A stretch of DNA of 62,953 bases, counting the filler, from Octopus bimaculoides (taxonomy: Eukaryota), in NCBI RefSeq assembly GCF_001194135.2. It is 6 parts of 6 records of this genome, joined end to end, with 100 filler letters (N's around TTAATTAATTAA, not from the genome) between each part and the next. Parts side by side here need not be neighbours in the genome. Positions count along the whole stretch, not along the records: positions 38,517 to 45,276 come from NC_068985.1; positions 45,377 to 55,239 come from NC_068987.1; 4 more parts are not named here. One strand, given 5' to 3'. Below are positions 41,252-53,192 of this stretch, piece after piece. Under the pieces are notes generated by a model. It ran no database searches. It was given only the letters and a program-made list of their open reading frames with translations, and was not told where the DNA came from. The position numbers and the translations under genes were made by a program. How positions within the stretch are numbered: the first letter of the stretch is position 1; each line of letters starts with the position of its first letter.

Positions 41252-41634
41252 CATACTCCTTTACATGTTAATGAAATTAAGGAACCGAGCTGTCCTTAAA
41301 ACTTCTTTCCTATATAGATGCTTAAATGTAGTTCTTTTCCCAAATAAATTACACTTCATATTCGAGGCTTTATAAGATGTTGCTCAGACATTCAACTGAG
41401 TCCACTGCATCTTATAGCTGTAAACTAATGAGATTCATAAGAAGTTTATTCCTTCGTCATCTCATTTTTACACACATATACATGCAAGACACAATTCTAT
41501 GTTATTCTCTCTTTTTTTATTGGAGAAGCTAGATACAAGTCCACCTATGAAAGTTGTCTAGGATAAAATGGTGTCTTATTAATTCACCCCCACCACACAC
41601 ACACACGCTCACACATATATATTATCTTTTATGT

Positions 41635-41815
41635 ATTATTTGGATCCATCATTGAACTGCGGGCGTGTTAGGGCACCGCCTTGAACTGTCTCAGTCAAAC
41701 GTATCGACCATAGTACATACTTCAAAGTCCAGCACTTATTCTATAATTGTCTTTTGCTGAACTCCTAAGTTACGGTTACGTTAAGAAACCAATTCCGCTT
41801 ACCAAACACTTGATG
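41635..41815 (-). mobile_element. Decayed family-A SINE
   Basis: ttgaactgcgggcgtgttagggcaccgcc...cacttattctataattgtcttttgctgaactcctaagttacgg. Confidence 0.6.
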
Positions 41816-42168
41816 AGAAGCAGACAAAGACATGTCTTTGCGTCGTAAAAATAGATCATTACTTCTTGAAGAATTTGTCGGACCCTAGAAAGCCTTAGCT
41901 TATTTTAATTTCATTTTAAGTCGTTAATTACCTAAAGCAATGCAATGTCATTAATTACTAATATACAAGTTGAATCACGTGCGCACACATACACACAGAA
42001 ATTAGATTTTTCAAAGTTTAATAATAGAATAGTTTTGGCTAATTTATAAATATTTAGCTTATATTTTTAATTAATTAATTTCCTTCACATTTTACATTAA
42101 CCCAATTTCTTTGAGAGGAATCCATTTTGCTCCAAAAGTGCCGAAGTCCGGACAAAGTTCGTATTAAA

Positions 42169-42169
<1 letters not shown>

Positions 42170-42229
<60 letters not shown>
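42170..42229. repeat. (AAT)n microsatellite
   Basis: Direct reading. Confidence 0.95.
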
Positions 42230-42231
<2 letters not shown>

Positions 42232-43827
42232 TAAGATTTTGTTGTTACAGTTAAAAAGAAATTTGAGTTAAATTCTAACTTAACGAACGAAACTTGACTT
42301 GGAACATATGTTTTTATCTATTTTCAACAAAAACCACGTTGGTTGATGTAATTATAGAAGAAGGAGAGAGAGGGGGGAGGGAGAGAAAGAAAGAAAGAGG
42401 GAGAGAGAGAGAAAGAGTGAGAGAAAGAAGGATTTAAGGAACTGTAGAGAAAATGCTTGTTAAGAGCTGTGCCGACCACCATAGCAGTTTTTTGAAGAAG
42501 TTAGAGGGTAGGGGCTGGAGTAAGGATTAGTGTCATAGTTTCGATGATAAGAAGTAGTGATGCATGCTTATATGTTTTTGTGTAGGTAGATACTTATTGA
42601 ATAGAAGACACAAGTTGAAAAGTTTAATAAGAATAGGAGCTAATTATAATGTACAGGTAACATTGAAAATATGGCACCTGGCGTCACATCTGGGTTTACG
42701 GGTTCGGTGGTGATTAAAGAAGAGAGTAATCTGGCAAATTTAGAAGTCATGTATGTTAAGGTAAGTGGGAGGAAAAATATAAGGCCAAGAGCAAATTACT
42801 TCTCTTGGTGTTGGAGCTGAAGGCGAAGTAAATGGTGAAAATACTGGGTTTGACTGTAGGGGGTGCCGTTAATTATCTTAGTTATATTAGGTATTGGCTG
42901 TTAAAAGGATGATCAATCAACATTAACAGAAATTTGTTCTGCAGTGCGGAACTATCTGAATTTGATTTTGTCAAACAACATATAAAATTGTGTCATGTAC
43001 TTAGTTAACGCATAAAAATCACCAGTTCACCATGGTATCCACAATTTTTCTCAAATTAGTAAAAGTGAACGAATATACGGGAAACGAACCCGAATATATT
43101 ATCTCTATATAACTAGGACAATCTCTTATCTAGTTGAACAAGATGTTTTCCAATTTATTTATTTCTGCAGACAACAGACTAATAATTCTCTGGGGACAAT
43201 AAAACGTTACTCGCTAGTATCTGATAAAGAAGTTTGTGAGCTGAATAGTGAATGAAACACTATCTTTTCCTCAATGTACGTAATCTAATGGAGAAAGTTA
43301 TTATTCCACCAACCTGTCTGATATTAGTTGTAATGGCCGAGTTGTAAAACTTGTGTCTATAACGGAAGCTGTCAAATAACTTCCGGTCGCTAATTAACAT
43401 CAGCGAAATCTTAGCTGCTTTCTTTGTCTTCACAGTTTTTTCTCCGAGCAAGACGCTGTTTAGCTTTCTTTAGTCTTGATTTATTTTATTCTACTATACA
43501 TTTCTGTTTTATATTTAACTGTTTCTTTCTGGTGTTTACTTTTTACACTCGTTGCATAATCATTAAGACAGATATAGGTCGTCGCACATTTATTCACACA
43601 GAAACACACACATAGAGTCGTACTTGACAAATGTAAATATTTTGAGCAAATAAGAATGCGCTGCTACTAGTTAATAAAGTATAGTTTTACATGAATAATA
43701 ACAAACCACACATGCATTTATGTTCCGTATTGTTTTGTTTCTTTGTATATATANNNNNNNNNNNNNNNNNNNNNNNNNNNNNNNNNNNNNNNNNNNNNNN
43801 NNNNNNNNNNNNNNNNNNNNNNNNNNN

Positions 43828-43869
<42 letters not shown>

Positions 43870-44107
43870 GATTTATAGGTCTATAGTTGGCATTCTTATA
43901 CAAATTAGTGTCGTATTTTTTATTTTAATTCAATGAAACCAAATAGTTGTGTATCTCATTACTCTACAGATCATTAATACATCACCGATGACTATATATA
44001 GGAGAACTCACCCGTCTTTAAGCTAAACTTATTAGCAGACAAGTAAAACCTAGGCTGCATACTAAAGAAACATCTCTCAATACTTCAGTGCTTGATGAGT
44101 TGTCCCA

Positions 44108-44318
44108 GCCTCGTAATAATCGAATTTGATTTCATCACGGGGCCAGCAATTTTGAGCGGGGGAGGTTAGTCAGTGACATCGACCACAGTACTCCACTGGT
44201 ACATCATTTTATTGGCAAGTGGAGCTAGGCAGTATTTGAACTCAGAACGTATAGGGTTTGAAGAAATGCTAAAAAGCATTTGTTCAAATGCTTTAATAAT
44301 TCTGCCAGCTCTCCGTCA
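44108..44318 (-). mobile_element. Decayed family-B SINE
   Basis: ggccagcaattttg...gacatcgaccacagtactccactggtac...tttgaactcagaacgt...ttctgccagctctcc. Confidence 0.65.
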
Positions 44319-44405
44319 CACAGTCTCGCAGTAACGTCTACTATGGCACCGGACCGAGGTGATTTGGTAAAGGGAAACTGAAACCGAAAGAATCCTGTCG
44401 TAAAA

Positions 44406-44447
<42 letters not shown>

Positions 44448-44733
44448 TTTTACCTGGCCGGGGGCAACTATGTGTATAGAGTTAAATATATTTAGTCTCG
44501 TTAGTATTTCAGCGGCTAGAATTTTCGCCTACAATAAAAGAATGTGTATATCTTTGAGTAGGATAACTTTCATCATAAAAACTAGTTCTGTTTTAAGCTT
44601 GAAGTCGCTCTTGATAGAGCAGCTTTATGATCATAGGCAATTAAATGCATACACATAGGTCAACATTAATCAATGTGTGTGTGTGTGTGTGTGATTGTGA
44701 GTGTGTGTTGTATGCGCTTGTGTGTGTGTGTGC

Positions 44734-44806
<73 letters not shown>

Positions 44807-45235
44807 TGTGTATGTGTGTGCTTGCTTGTGTCTTTGTACTAAACATTTTTGTAAGTCAATACCGTGTTCTATTGTGTTAGCAGTGTGCTTTACATCACTT
44901 GTTAAGGTTATATCTACAGATATTGTAAGGACATTTTAGCCAGCACCGATTTTTGTTACCTTGTTTCGTATTCGAGTTGCCAGATGTAAACAAACAATGA
45001 GATCGAAGATAGAAAAAGAGCACCTATTTTTCTGTCAAAATGTCTAGTAGACAGCAGTTCAATAAATGTAGTGCATATTGTTTAATTTAAGAATATATAC
45101 CCTATGAGGATGCATGCATTGTGAGTCTACTCAGTGATTTAAATGAAAGTATATGAATGTTCTTCCATACATGCATGCATACATACATACACACATACAT
45201 ACATACATAATTATATACATACATGTATGGTTGCA

Positions 45236-45276
<41 letters not shown>

Positions 45277-45944
45277 NNNNNNNNNNNNNNNNNNNNNNNN
45301 NNNNNNNNNNNNNNNNNNNNTTAATTAATTAANNNNNNNNNNNNNNNNNNNNNNNNNNNNNNNNNNNNNNNNNNNNCCTATCATAGTAGGTGCCTTAGGT
45401 ATAATAAAAAAATATTCAGACAAATACATAACAAAAACACCAGGACTTACAAATATATATAACATACAGAAAATTACACTACTGGGTACTGCACACATTC
45501 TACGCAAAACACTTTCAATACAGTAAACATAAGAGCACCACAGCAAACCACAGCACATACCCAAGGCGCACAGAGCTGCGCTCGGTAGTGAAGTGAAAGC
45601 ACGTTATAAAAATAAAACTACTGAACAATAATAATAATAATAATAATAATAATGATAATATTTATAATAGACAAAACGAATATCGCGATGCGATTGGAGT
45701 AGATATTTTATTGGTTGAACGATAGTTCGACAGCAAGCCTATCTTTGTCGAATTCAAAATAAAAAGTGATAAAAATTCAAAATTACAGAAATTCAAATCT
45801 AAAGTATGAAACGAGAGCAACCAGCGTCCACGCGTTGATGGAATGACATCATCAATCTTTAAGTTTCAATTTTATAACTGGTGAAAAGAAATAGACAATA
45901 AAAAATAGAAAAAAAGGAAAGAAAAAAAGAAAGAAAACGAATAT

Positions 45945-46300
45945 TCAGTCAAACAGTTTTGTGTAAATTTGATGATATTCTCTTGTCATTTTATTCATTC
46001 TTCCTGGGTGTGATGTTAATAAGTCGCTAACATATTTCCCCTCATGCATTTTCAGTATTAAAAGGGAAGCAGATTCAGAATATATACTGAGAGTATATAC
46101 TTTCAAGTCTTTTTCAAAATTGCAGCCGCTTGAAACGAAATGTTCAGCAAATTCTGTCGAAGTACTGTTGTTGTGCCTGACATCTTATCTGTGTCTATTG
46201 AATCTTTTGTTTAATTGTTCTGTTGTACAACCAACATAAATCAACTTTTGTTTCGTGCATTCAGTCGCGTACACCAAATCGGAATCTCTACATGTCCACC
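45945..46300 (-). pseudogene. GIY-YIG endonuclease domain of the PLE
   Basis: CRDSDLVYATECTKQKLIYVGCTTEQLNKRFNRHR*DVRH...FAEHF...EGKYVSDLLTSHPGRMN; in-frame TAA at 46185-46187. Confidence 0.85.
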
Positions 46301-48124
46301 TTCTGTATAAATCATAACGTTTCTGTTATGATTCTTGATGGAATTCACTTGACTCATATTGTTGCCCAATGAACAGGGCGTTTTTCAAGGTACAGCGTGC
46401 AGATATTCCAACGTTAGTTTTCTTGGAGTCAGAAATAGAGGTCAGTAGTTCTCTCATATTTTTATTCCGTGTAAAAGCTACAATAGGCAGCTGAGGAAAT
46501 ATCTGTTTGAAACGAGGATGTTTTCTTGCAACATATGCAACACTTTTGAATACTAGCGAAATTTCGGTGCCAGTTAATCACTAAAGGAATTCCGTCACAA
46601 ATTGCATTGTGTTTGTTAAAATTATGCGTGAAGGTTTGACTTTCTTTGCTAATTTTAGCTATCTCATTTGCCATTTCCTTTAATCGTAATTCACTGTAAC
46701 CGCGTTTGACATAATTATGTGCAAAATCATTTGCATGTTTCCAGTAAGTAACTGTGTCAGTACAAATCTGTTTTATCCTGAAAAATTGGGATTTCGGATT
46801 TGACCGAATTATATGATGTGGATGATCGGAGCAGCAGTAGCGGTAAATGTGGGGTGACGTGGGCTTGCAAAATAACTCGGTCACTATTCTGCCAGCAGAA
46901 AACTTAACTTTTGTGTCCAAAAATTCAACGCTAGTTTTTGAAAAACTAGACGTAAATTTTATTTTGGATTTAAAGCATCGAGGCCAATATTGGGATATGA
47001 GGAAGAAACATCTATGGTTACAAAAAAAAAAAAAAAAAAAAGAAGAAGTGTTCTACATAGCTTCAGTGCTTAAAAAAGTTGTTGATTTTAGACACAGAAT
47101 CAAAAGTATCCCGAATATAGGAACTTGATATTTTGCAGTAGGGAGTAGAAAGCTATCCAACCATTCCGAAACCTTGGCTGTACAACATTCACATCCGCTG
47201 CAAATTGGGCGCATTGGAGGAAATCTTTCGAACTTTTGTGTATTTTAGGGAGACCATAAAATACAGGTGCTCTTCTTTCTGACTCTAAAATCCTGGATTC
47301 GCCCTTATTAATGAAATTGTTTTCCTCCATTTCCAGAATTATTTTGTGAAGTTCCTCTCTGTAATTGGGGTTTGGATCGACAGGTAATTCTTCATATGAA
47401 GTTTTGTCTCTTAAAACCTTCTTCACAAACTGAAATATACTCACTTTTGTCTATAATTACGATAGCACTTCCCTTAGAATCATTATTAGCTAGACGTCAA
47501 AGTGTGCAACGTTGGGAATTTATGATGTTATTCCAAGACTTCTTTCCACTTGTTTTAAAGCTTTCCCCAATGCCTGTCTGACAAGATTCAAGTGATTCCA
47601 GTAGCGCTTGTGAACCTCCATCTTGAACTTTATCTGGATACCAGTTGGGATTTTTTCAATTCAATTATATCATTCGATCATCATCATTTTTATTTTCAGT
47701 TTTTTTCAAAAAAATATTCCTACAGCTTGTGACGGCGGACAAACTGAAATAGCTCTTGAACTAGTTTACTCTTGTCGAAATTCTTAGTACATGGGCAGAA
47801 ACTCAGTTCAAACTCCAAGACTGACACACCGTCGGGTGAGTTTTAGTTTAGATAAATTTACGACCGACTTATTCTCTAGTGTGATGGATTTTCTTGGGCA
47901 AGTGGTTTTCAGTGTCTTACTCTCATTAGATTCCTGTATACTTTTTGGGATTGCTTGAAATCTTCACTTAAAACATGGAACCTATTGGGTGATAAAATTT
48001 GTTCTGAATGTTGATGTGAGAAGTTATAATTTTTAGTCGTCTTTCTAGGAGTAGTTCATTTCTGGGTAGGTGATAGAAAGTTAGCGACTTCTGTAGTTTT
48101 TGTAGACATTTGAAAAACCTTTAC

Positions 48125-48590
48125 TTTCGGGAAAGGAACAAATTTATTGTTTTCGAGGCAAAATCTTAAATGTACTTGCATTTTTGACTGATCAAATAAA
48201 AACTTCTCTGGAGTGCTTCCAATAACCAGTTCAAATTCATACGCCAGGGCAAAACATCCACAATCATATGCGCCGACTTGGGGATTAGTAATATCAACTT
48301 GTTGAACTGTACGAATAATTTTCTGTTTGTTGTGAGTACAGCATTGTTATTTGTGCTATTAGTTCCTGTAGTACTGGTAAGTTCAAACTCTCATAAATAT
48401 AAACATCTCCGAAAAAACTGGTCGACAAAACAAAATGATTATTCCTGGTGTGGTAAATGAACAGTGTGCGGTGTGGATTGTATGTTTGGAATTCCGTGTG
48501 AGAGAAAATGGTTGGTTGTATTTGAATTTCAGGAAAATTTTCTGCTACGATTTTTAACCCGGCATCAATACGTTTGTTACATAACATTTA
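48125..48590 (-). pseudogene. Ulp1/SENP-like (peptidase C48, clan CE) domain inside the PLE ORF
   Basis: LCNKRIDAGLKIVAENFP...IYHTRNNHFVLS..VYIYESL..LIAQI (one frameshift) PQVGAYDCGCFALAY..LVIGSTP..FDQSKMQVHLRFCLE..FVPFP. His at 48435-48437, acidic residue (Glu) at 48390-48392, Gln at 48278-48280, Cys at 48260-48262. Confidence 0.75.
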
Positions 48591-49483
48591 TCCTGAAAGT
48601 AAAAACGACTTTTCCTCATATTTTCAAGCAAATGTTCTCCACCAAAATGTTCCCATGCCTACTGGCTCAGAGGAAATCAGCTTTTTCGGCTTCTTTTCCT
48701 TTTTTGTCTTCAGGGACGAAATTTCCATTTTATTCAAAGTCCATCAAAGAATTACACAAATAGTTAAACGATTTAAGGAAGAACATACCTGTTCAAGGAC
48801 ACTCAAATCCTCCTTAATGTCTGCATCAAGCAATACTAATTTTGAACGATAGTGTACAATAATAGTTTCCATTATGTTAAATGAATTGCTCTCACCAATC
48901 AATTAAAATGTTTGAAGCAACGAATCGTCAGGTTGTTAGGCACACATTAGTATATTTGATGTAAGACCGTCCGGTATAACTTTTTTTAGTTTGCATGTTT
49001 CCAGAAATGATAAATGGCTTCTGATTTTAGCACGAAAACGATTAATTTTTTACTGATAGAAATGTCAATTTCTCATTTTCTGATTCGTATTTCAATGGTA
49101 CAAAATCCATTGGCCCAGGACTGGGCTCAACACTGGGGTCTAGCGAAACTAACAGGGCTGACAAGCCAACTGTAAGAAGAAATAAAACGCAAAAGCTGTC
49201 ATTTACATTACGATATTCCTTAGACACCCAACTGTTTTGGTAAATTCCAGAATTTCTAAATGCTCTAATTTTTATTCGTGTAACATAAAATCAATCATTT
49301 CTCGCTGGCTGCTCTCGTTCATACTTTAGATCTGAATTTCTATAATTTTGAGTTTTTATCACTTTTTATTTTGAACTCGACAAAGTCAAGCTTGCTGTCG
49401 AAATATCGTTCAACCAATAAAATATCTATTGCAATCGCATCGCGCTCTTCGTTTGTCTGTTTACCTTTGTGAAGAGTTACGTC

Positions 49484-49550
<67 letters not shown>

Positions 49551-49596
49551 GTAATAATGATAATGATAACAACAACAACAACAACAATAATAATGA
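49484..49596. repeat. (AAT)n/(AAC)n microsatellite flanking the PLE
   Basis: Direct reading; its counterpart (AAT)n is at 45627-45660. Confidence 0.95.
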
Positions 49597-50116
49597 TAGA
49601 AAAAATAAAATAAAATCAGTGCATATATTTATTATTGGCATAATGACTCTCCCGAGACCTAAGAAAAGCAGATCATTTTGATCAAGAAGAATTCCACAGT
49701 TGCTTATTATTTTCGTGTGCTTTTCCATCTAGCAAGTGTGCACGTTTCGAATATTTGCACGAATTAGTGCCCCTTCTGTGAAAAATTTATATAAAAATTA
49801 TTGAACAAGGCAAGGACATATTATGAAATTACATTAGGTGTTGGCGTGTCATCATTGATGTTCCTGTTCACTGATAAAGACATGTCTTAATCATATTTTA
49901 ACTTCGACAAAGATTTATGTTTGCAAATATGTTTAAAATATAGATATTGTACCTAGTTTAAATATTTTACATCTAAACTTAATCACGCTTCCCCTAAACT
50001 TTCTGCACTCTCTTCATGGCACCCTTTCGACATTTTTCGCACTCTTGTGAATTCACAGCGCCCTCAAGGTGGCTACCACTCAGGCTTAAGCATTTGTATG
50101 TATGTTTTTGTTGTAA

Positions 50117-50382
50117 AGGGTGCGTGACCTAGTGGTTAGTGTATTGCATTCATAATTGCAAGACCGTGGTTTCAATCCTCAGACCGGGCAGTGTGTAGTG
50201 GTCTTGAGTAAAACAATTCATTTCACATTGCTCTGTTATCACTTCTACATCTGAAGACTGGTACAGTGTGCACCTGTACAGGCTATATCGATTTGAGGGA
50301 AAGAGTGAGCCAATGCGGAGCACAAACACTCGATCACTATAAACGTTACCAGAGCATGTTGTTTAACAATAAATTGCGGACC
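50117..50382 (+). mobile_element. tRNA-derived SINE (family C-like)
   Basis: gcgtgacctagtggttagtgtattgcattc...gtggtttcaatcctcagaccgggc head with A/B-box-like motifs. Confidence 0.7.
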
Positions 50383-50479
50383 CCTCATCTGTCGTCTACG
50401 GAAGAAGACTCGATTATTGTCATAAGGGCCTTCAATTTTGGCCGTCTCTGGTTCATATTCAGTCTTTCTCTTATCTCCG

Positions 50480-51180
50480 ACAAAGGCTTTTTGGTGCGAA
50501 GTCAATGAGGTCTTTGTTTTTGCGAGGGCCGAGTCGGAAGAAGGAAGCAGATGCGAGGTAATAGTTTTCCCCACTTTGAGAAGTTAGTAGCAACGGCGGA
50601 GAGCTCCGTGTTTTCCCCACCGCGGGGCAAAAGACTTTGAGGTAGGTCGAATTCCCCTACACAAAACACTTCTGTGTCTTTAACTTCTACAGAAACTGGC
50701 ATCTTTTCGCATTCCCCGAAGCAGAAAAAATCGGGAATGCAGTTTATTTTTTCTGGCGAAGCTACTATCTGGAATTTCATTCCTGTTGAGCTGTGGGGTG
50801 GACTTTACCTCCACAATCTCCCCATGTTCCTTCAGAATAGCTAAAATTCTCGCTGGATCACTGTGACCCGGCACATTCTTGACTCGAATTCGAGGGAGAA
50901 TCATTACAAAAGCCAGGGACGTGCAAGTTATAGTAGCCATTCTTCTGGCTTCTTACTCACTGCTGCATATAGCAGCAACCATCCCATGTTGTTTACCTTT
51001 CTGTATGTGTAGGATTGAAGGCCACACATCTTCGAGGTATTTTTCAGTCTCTGCCGAAGTAGGAAATTTAAGTTTCCTCTCCTTGCGAGAAACACATTTA
51101 TAAACAATTGTTCGTCTTTCGGAGTTTTTTTCTCCTCCTCACTAAAACACATAACACCTGGTTTCATAATGTCACTCTTG
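50480..51180 (-). mobile_element. Decayed L1/Tx1-type ORF1 (RRM-like region plus degenerate zinc knuckle)
   Basis: RIRVKNVPGHSDPARILAILKEHGEIVEV (RRM-like), IPDFF..MPVSVE, then a frameshifted CFV.GEF..LKVFCP (CCHC remnant). Trinucleotide-rich segment upstream at 51286-51560. Confidence 0.6.
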
Positions 51181-51284
51181 TATTTCAGGGCCTTATTTTT
51201 TTTAAGTCATCCACTGAAAAAATAGTCCAGTTGCTAACGGCTATAGAAAAGGAAATAGCTTTGTTGAGGTCCATTGTGTTATTA

Positions 51285-51317
<33 letters not shown>

Positions 51318-51899
51318 TTGTTGTTGTTGGTGGTGTCGTAGTCGTCGTCGTCGTTGATGTTGCTTTCCACTCAGTTATCGCTGTTGTTGTTTTCAATCTT
51401 GTTCATCTTACATTTTTTTTGTTTTCGAACATCTTGTTGCTGATGTTGATACAGTTGCTGTTATTGTTGTTGTTTCTGTTGTTTGTGGTGTAGTAGTGGG
51501 GGTGAGGGTGGTAGCGGTGCTGCTGCTACTGTAGTCGTCGTCGTTATTATCATTGCTGCTGGTGCTTTTGCACTTGTTACTGACGTCATAGCAACAAGAG
51601 GAAATTATATTTCTCTTTGGCGAGAAACTTATTTCACCTTCAGTTGCGTTTCTGTTGTATGACACCTACGGTAACTCTGATCAAGTGGACCTATGATCAA
51701 AGGCGTTCCAACTGTGGCCATCCATCGCTATGTATGCATTGTTCTATTTAACTATTTTTGTGTAAAATGTAGGTTGTGATTTTAGAGAGATTTGACTGCT
51801 ATTTCTGACTAAAGACTGCACAGTGTTTTGTTCGACACTCTAATGATTTTGCTAATTGTATTTGATATAGGCCCACCACAAGGTCCAGTCTTGTTTCGG

Positions 51900-52250
51900 T
51901 GTGGTAAATCATGATCCTCAATGACCCTGAGAGTTATACCAGCGGAGTGCAATCTGCTTGTAGGGCATCACATGCTGAACAGATCAAAGGATAGAGGCCA
52001 GACTAGTATGACTGACCTATTTCCAGGGGTAAAAATGGATTTATGTATGGCTAATATCCCTATCTAGAGAAAAACGATGTTATAGAGGCATCAATGATAA
52101 TTAAAAACCAATGAGCCTTCCCCTAGGGAAACATGACGCGGTGCAGGCAGAGTTAAAAAAAACAAAACAGATTCAACTGGAGACAAACAGATAACGCAGA
52201 GTCGAGAACAGCGGAGGAAAACGTCGTCGATGGCCTACGCTCCTTTGAAA
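51900..52250 (+). mobile_element. Possible internally deleted RTE-type LINE (5' region joined to 3' end)
   Basis: atggctaatatccctatc..aaaaa-type leader, then tggagacaaacag...gagaacagcggagg...gtcgatggcctacgctcc 3'-end-like motif; recognised by resemblance only. Confidence 0.3.
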
Positions 52251-52329
52251 GTGAAGGTCTTAGAAAGTAATTTCATATAGGTACAAGGCTATACATCTTG
52301 AGGAAAAAGGTATAAATGATCCCTGTACT

Positions 52330-52800
52330 GAACTATATGAGTAGATTGACCTATTACTAAACTGAACTCCAGAGTGATAAAAAGCAAAGTCGACCTTGAC
52401 AGTATTCGAACTCGGACATAAATATACGTAATTTAAATAATGCAAGGCATTTTCCTCTCTGTTCTAAAGTTCACCACTAACGACTATATCTTCTACTAAT
52501 GTAAATGATTTCTTTCAAATTCCGATGAGGTGGACTTTGTCTTTTATCCTTTCTGGGTCGATAAAATAGGTACCATATGGGCACTGGGGTCGATGTAATA
52601 GACTTTCCCCTTGCCCACCGAAATTGATGGCCGAGTGCTTATATTTCAAACCACTATTATAAATTCCACCAAGGTCGACTTTGCTTTTCAGCCTTCTGAG
52701 ATTGATAAAATAAGTATCAGTTGAGTACTGGTAGCGTCGACAACCCCATCCACCATGCTTGCTTGCCTTGTGGCAAAATTTCAAACCAGTATTAATGATT
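52330..52800. mobile_element. Cluster of three family-B SINE fragments (one minus, two plus in tandem)
   Basis: gcaaagtcgaccttgacagtattcgaactc (minus); caaattccgatgaggtggactttg and aaattccaccaaggtcgactttgc (plus). Confidence 0.75.
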
Positions 52801-53002
52801 TTTTGATTTAGATACGAAAAGGGGTGTGGTCGATTTAATCGATTGATTCCATAAAGAAGAAAGGCAAAGGATGATTGGAATCATGAAGGGACTAAATTTG
52901 TTCAGGGCGAATTACTGATCTCTATTACAAATAATAGTTTCTACTTCAGACAAAATATAAAAAGTCGTACATATTTGGAGCATCAGAAATATTTCATCTT
53001 AT

Positions 53003-53192
53003 ATTCCTGGGCACATAACTGGCATTTATTGTAACGCCCCCGGGGGAATGTAAAGCAAAGATGGCCTCTGTGATTAGAACGTGAAATGATTTAACTAATT
53101 CCTGGGCACATAACTGGTATTTATTGTAACGCCCCCGGGGAAATGTAAAGCAAAGATGGCCTCTGTGATTAGAACGTAAAATGATTTAACTA
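53003..53192. repeat. Tandem duplication, 2 x 95 bp
   Basis: 53003-53097 and 53098-53192 differ at three positions; both contain a CCCCCGGGG(G) palindrome. Confidence 0.95.

Larger units (their letters stand above)
45669..49458 (-). mobile_element. Decayed Penelope-like retroelement (RT plus C-terminal GIY-YIG) with an inverted pseudo-LTR pair
   Basis: Minus strand: HLSFLETC..IPDGL (~48940-49010), VVNLSKLKLT..SVL..LSFCP (~47780-47860), DSKGSAIVIIDKSEYI, FYGLPKIHK, SYIRDTFD, FVTIDVSSSYPNI, KFT..FLDT, KPTSPHIY..SDHPHH..KSQFFRIKQIC, LVYATEC..IYVGCT..RFNRHR, stop at 45945-45947. 45669-45826 is an inverted copy of 49303-49458. (AAT)n lies on both flanks. Confidence 0.9.

Noticed and set aside
46185-46187. 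In-frame stop in the GIY-YIG domain as possible selenocysteine recoding
   Set aside because: The codon is TAA, not TGA, and the ORF has many other lesions.
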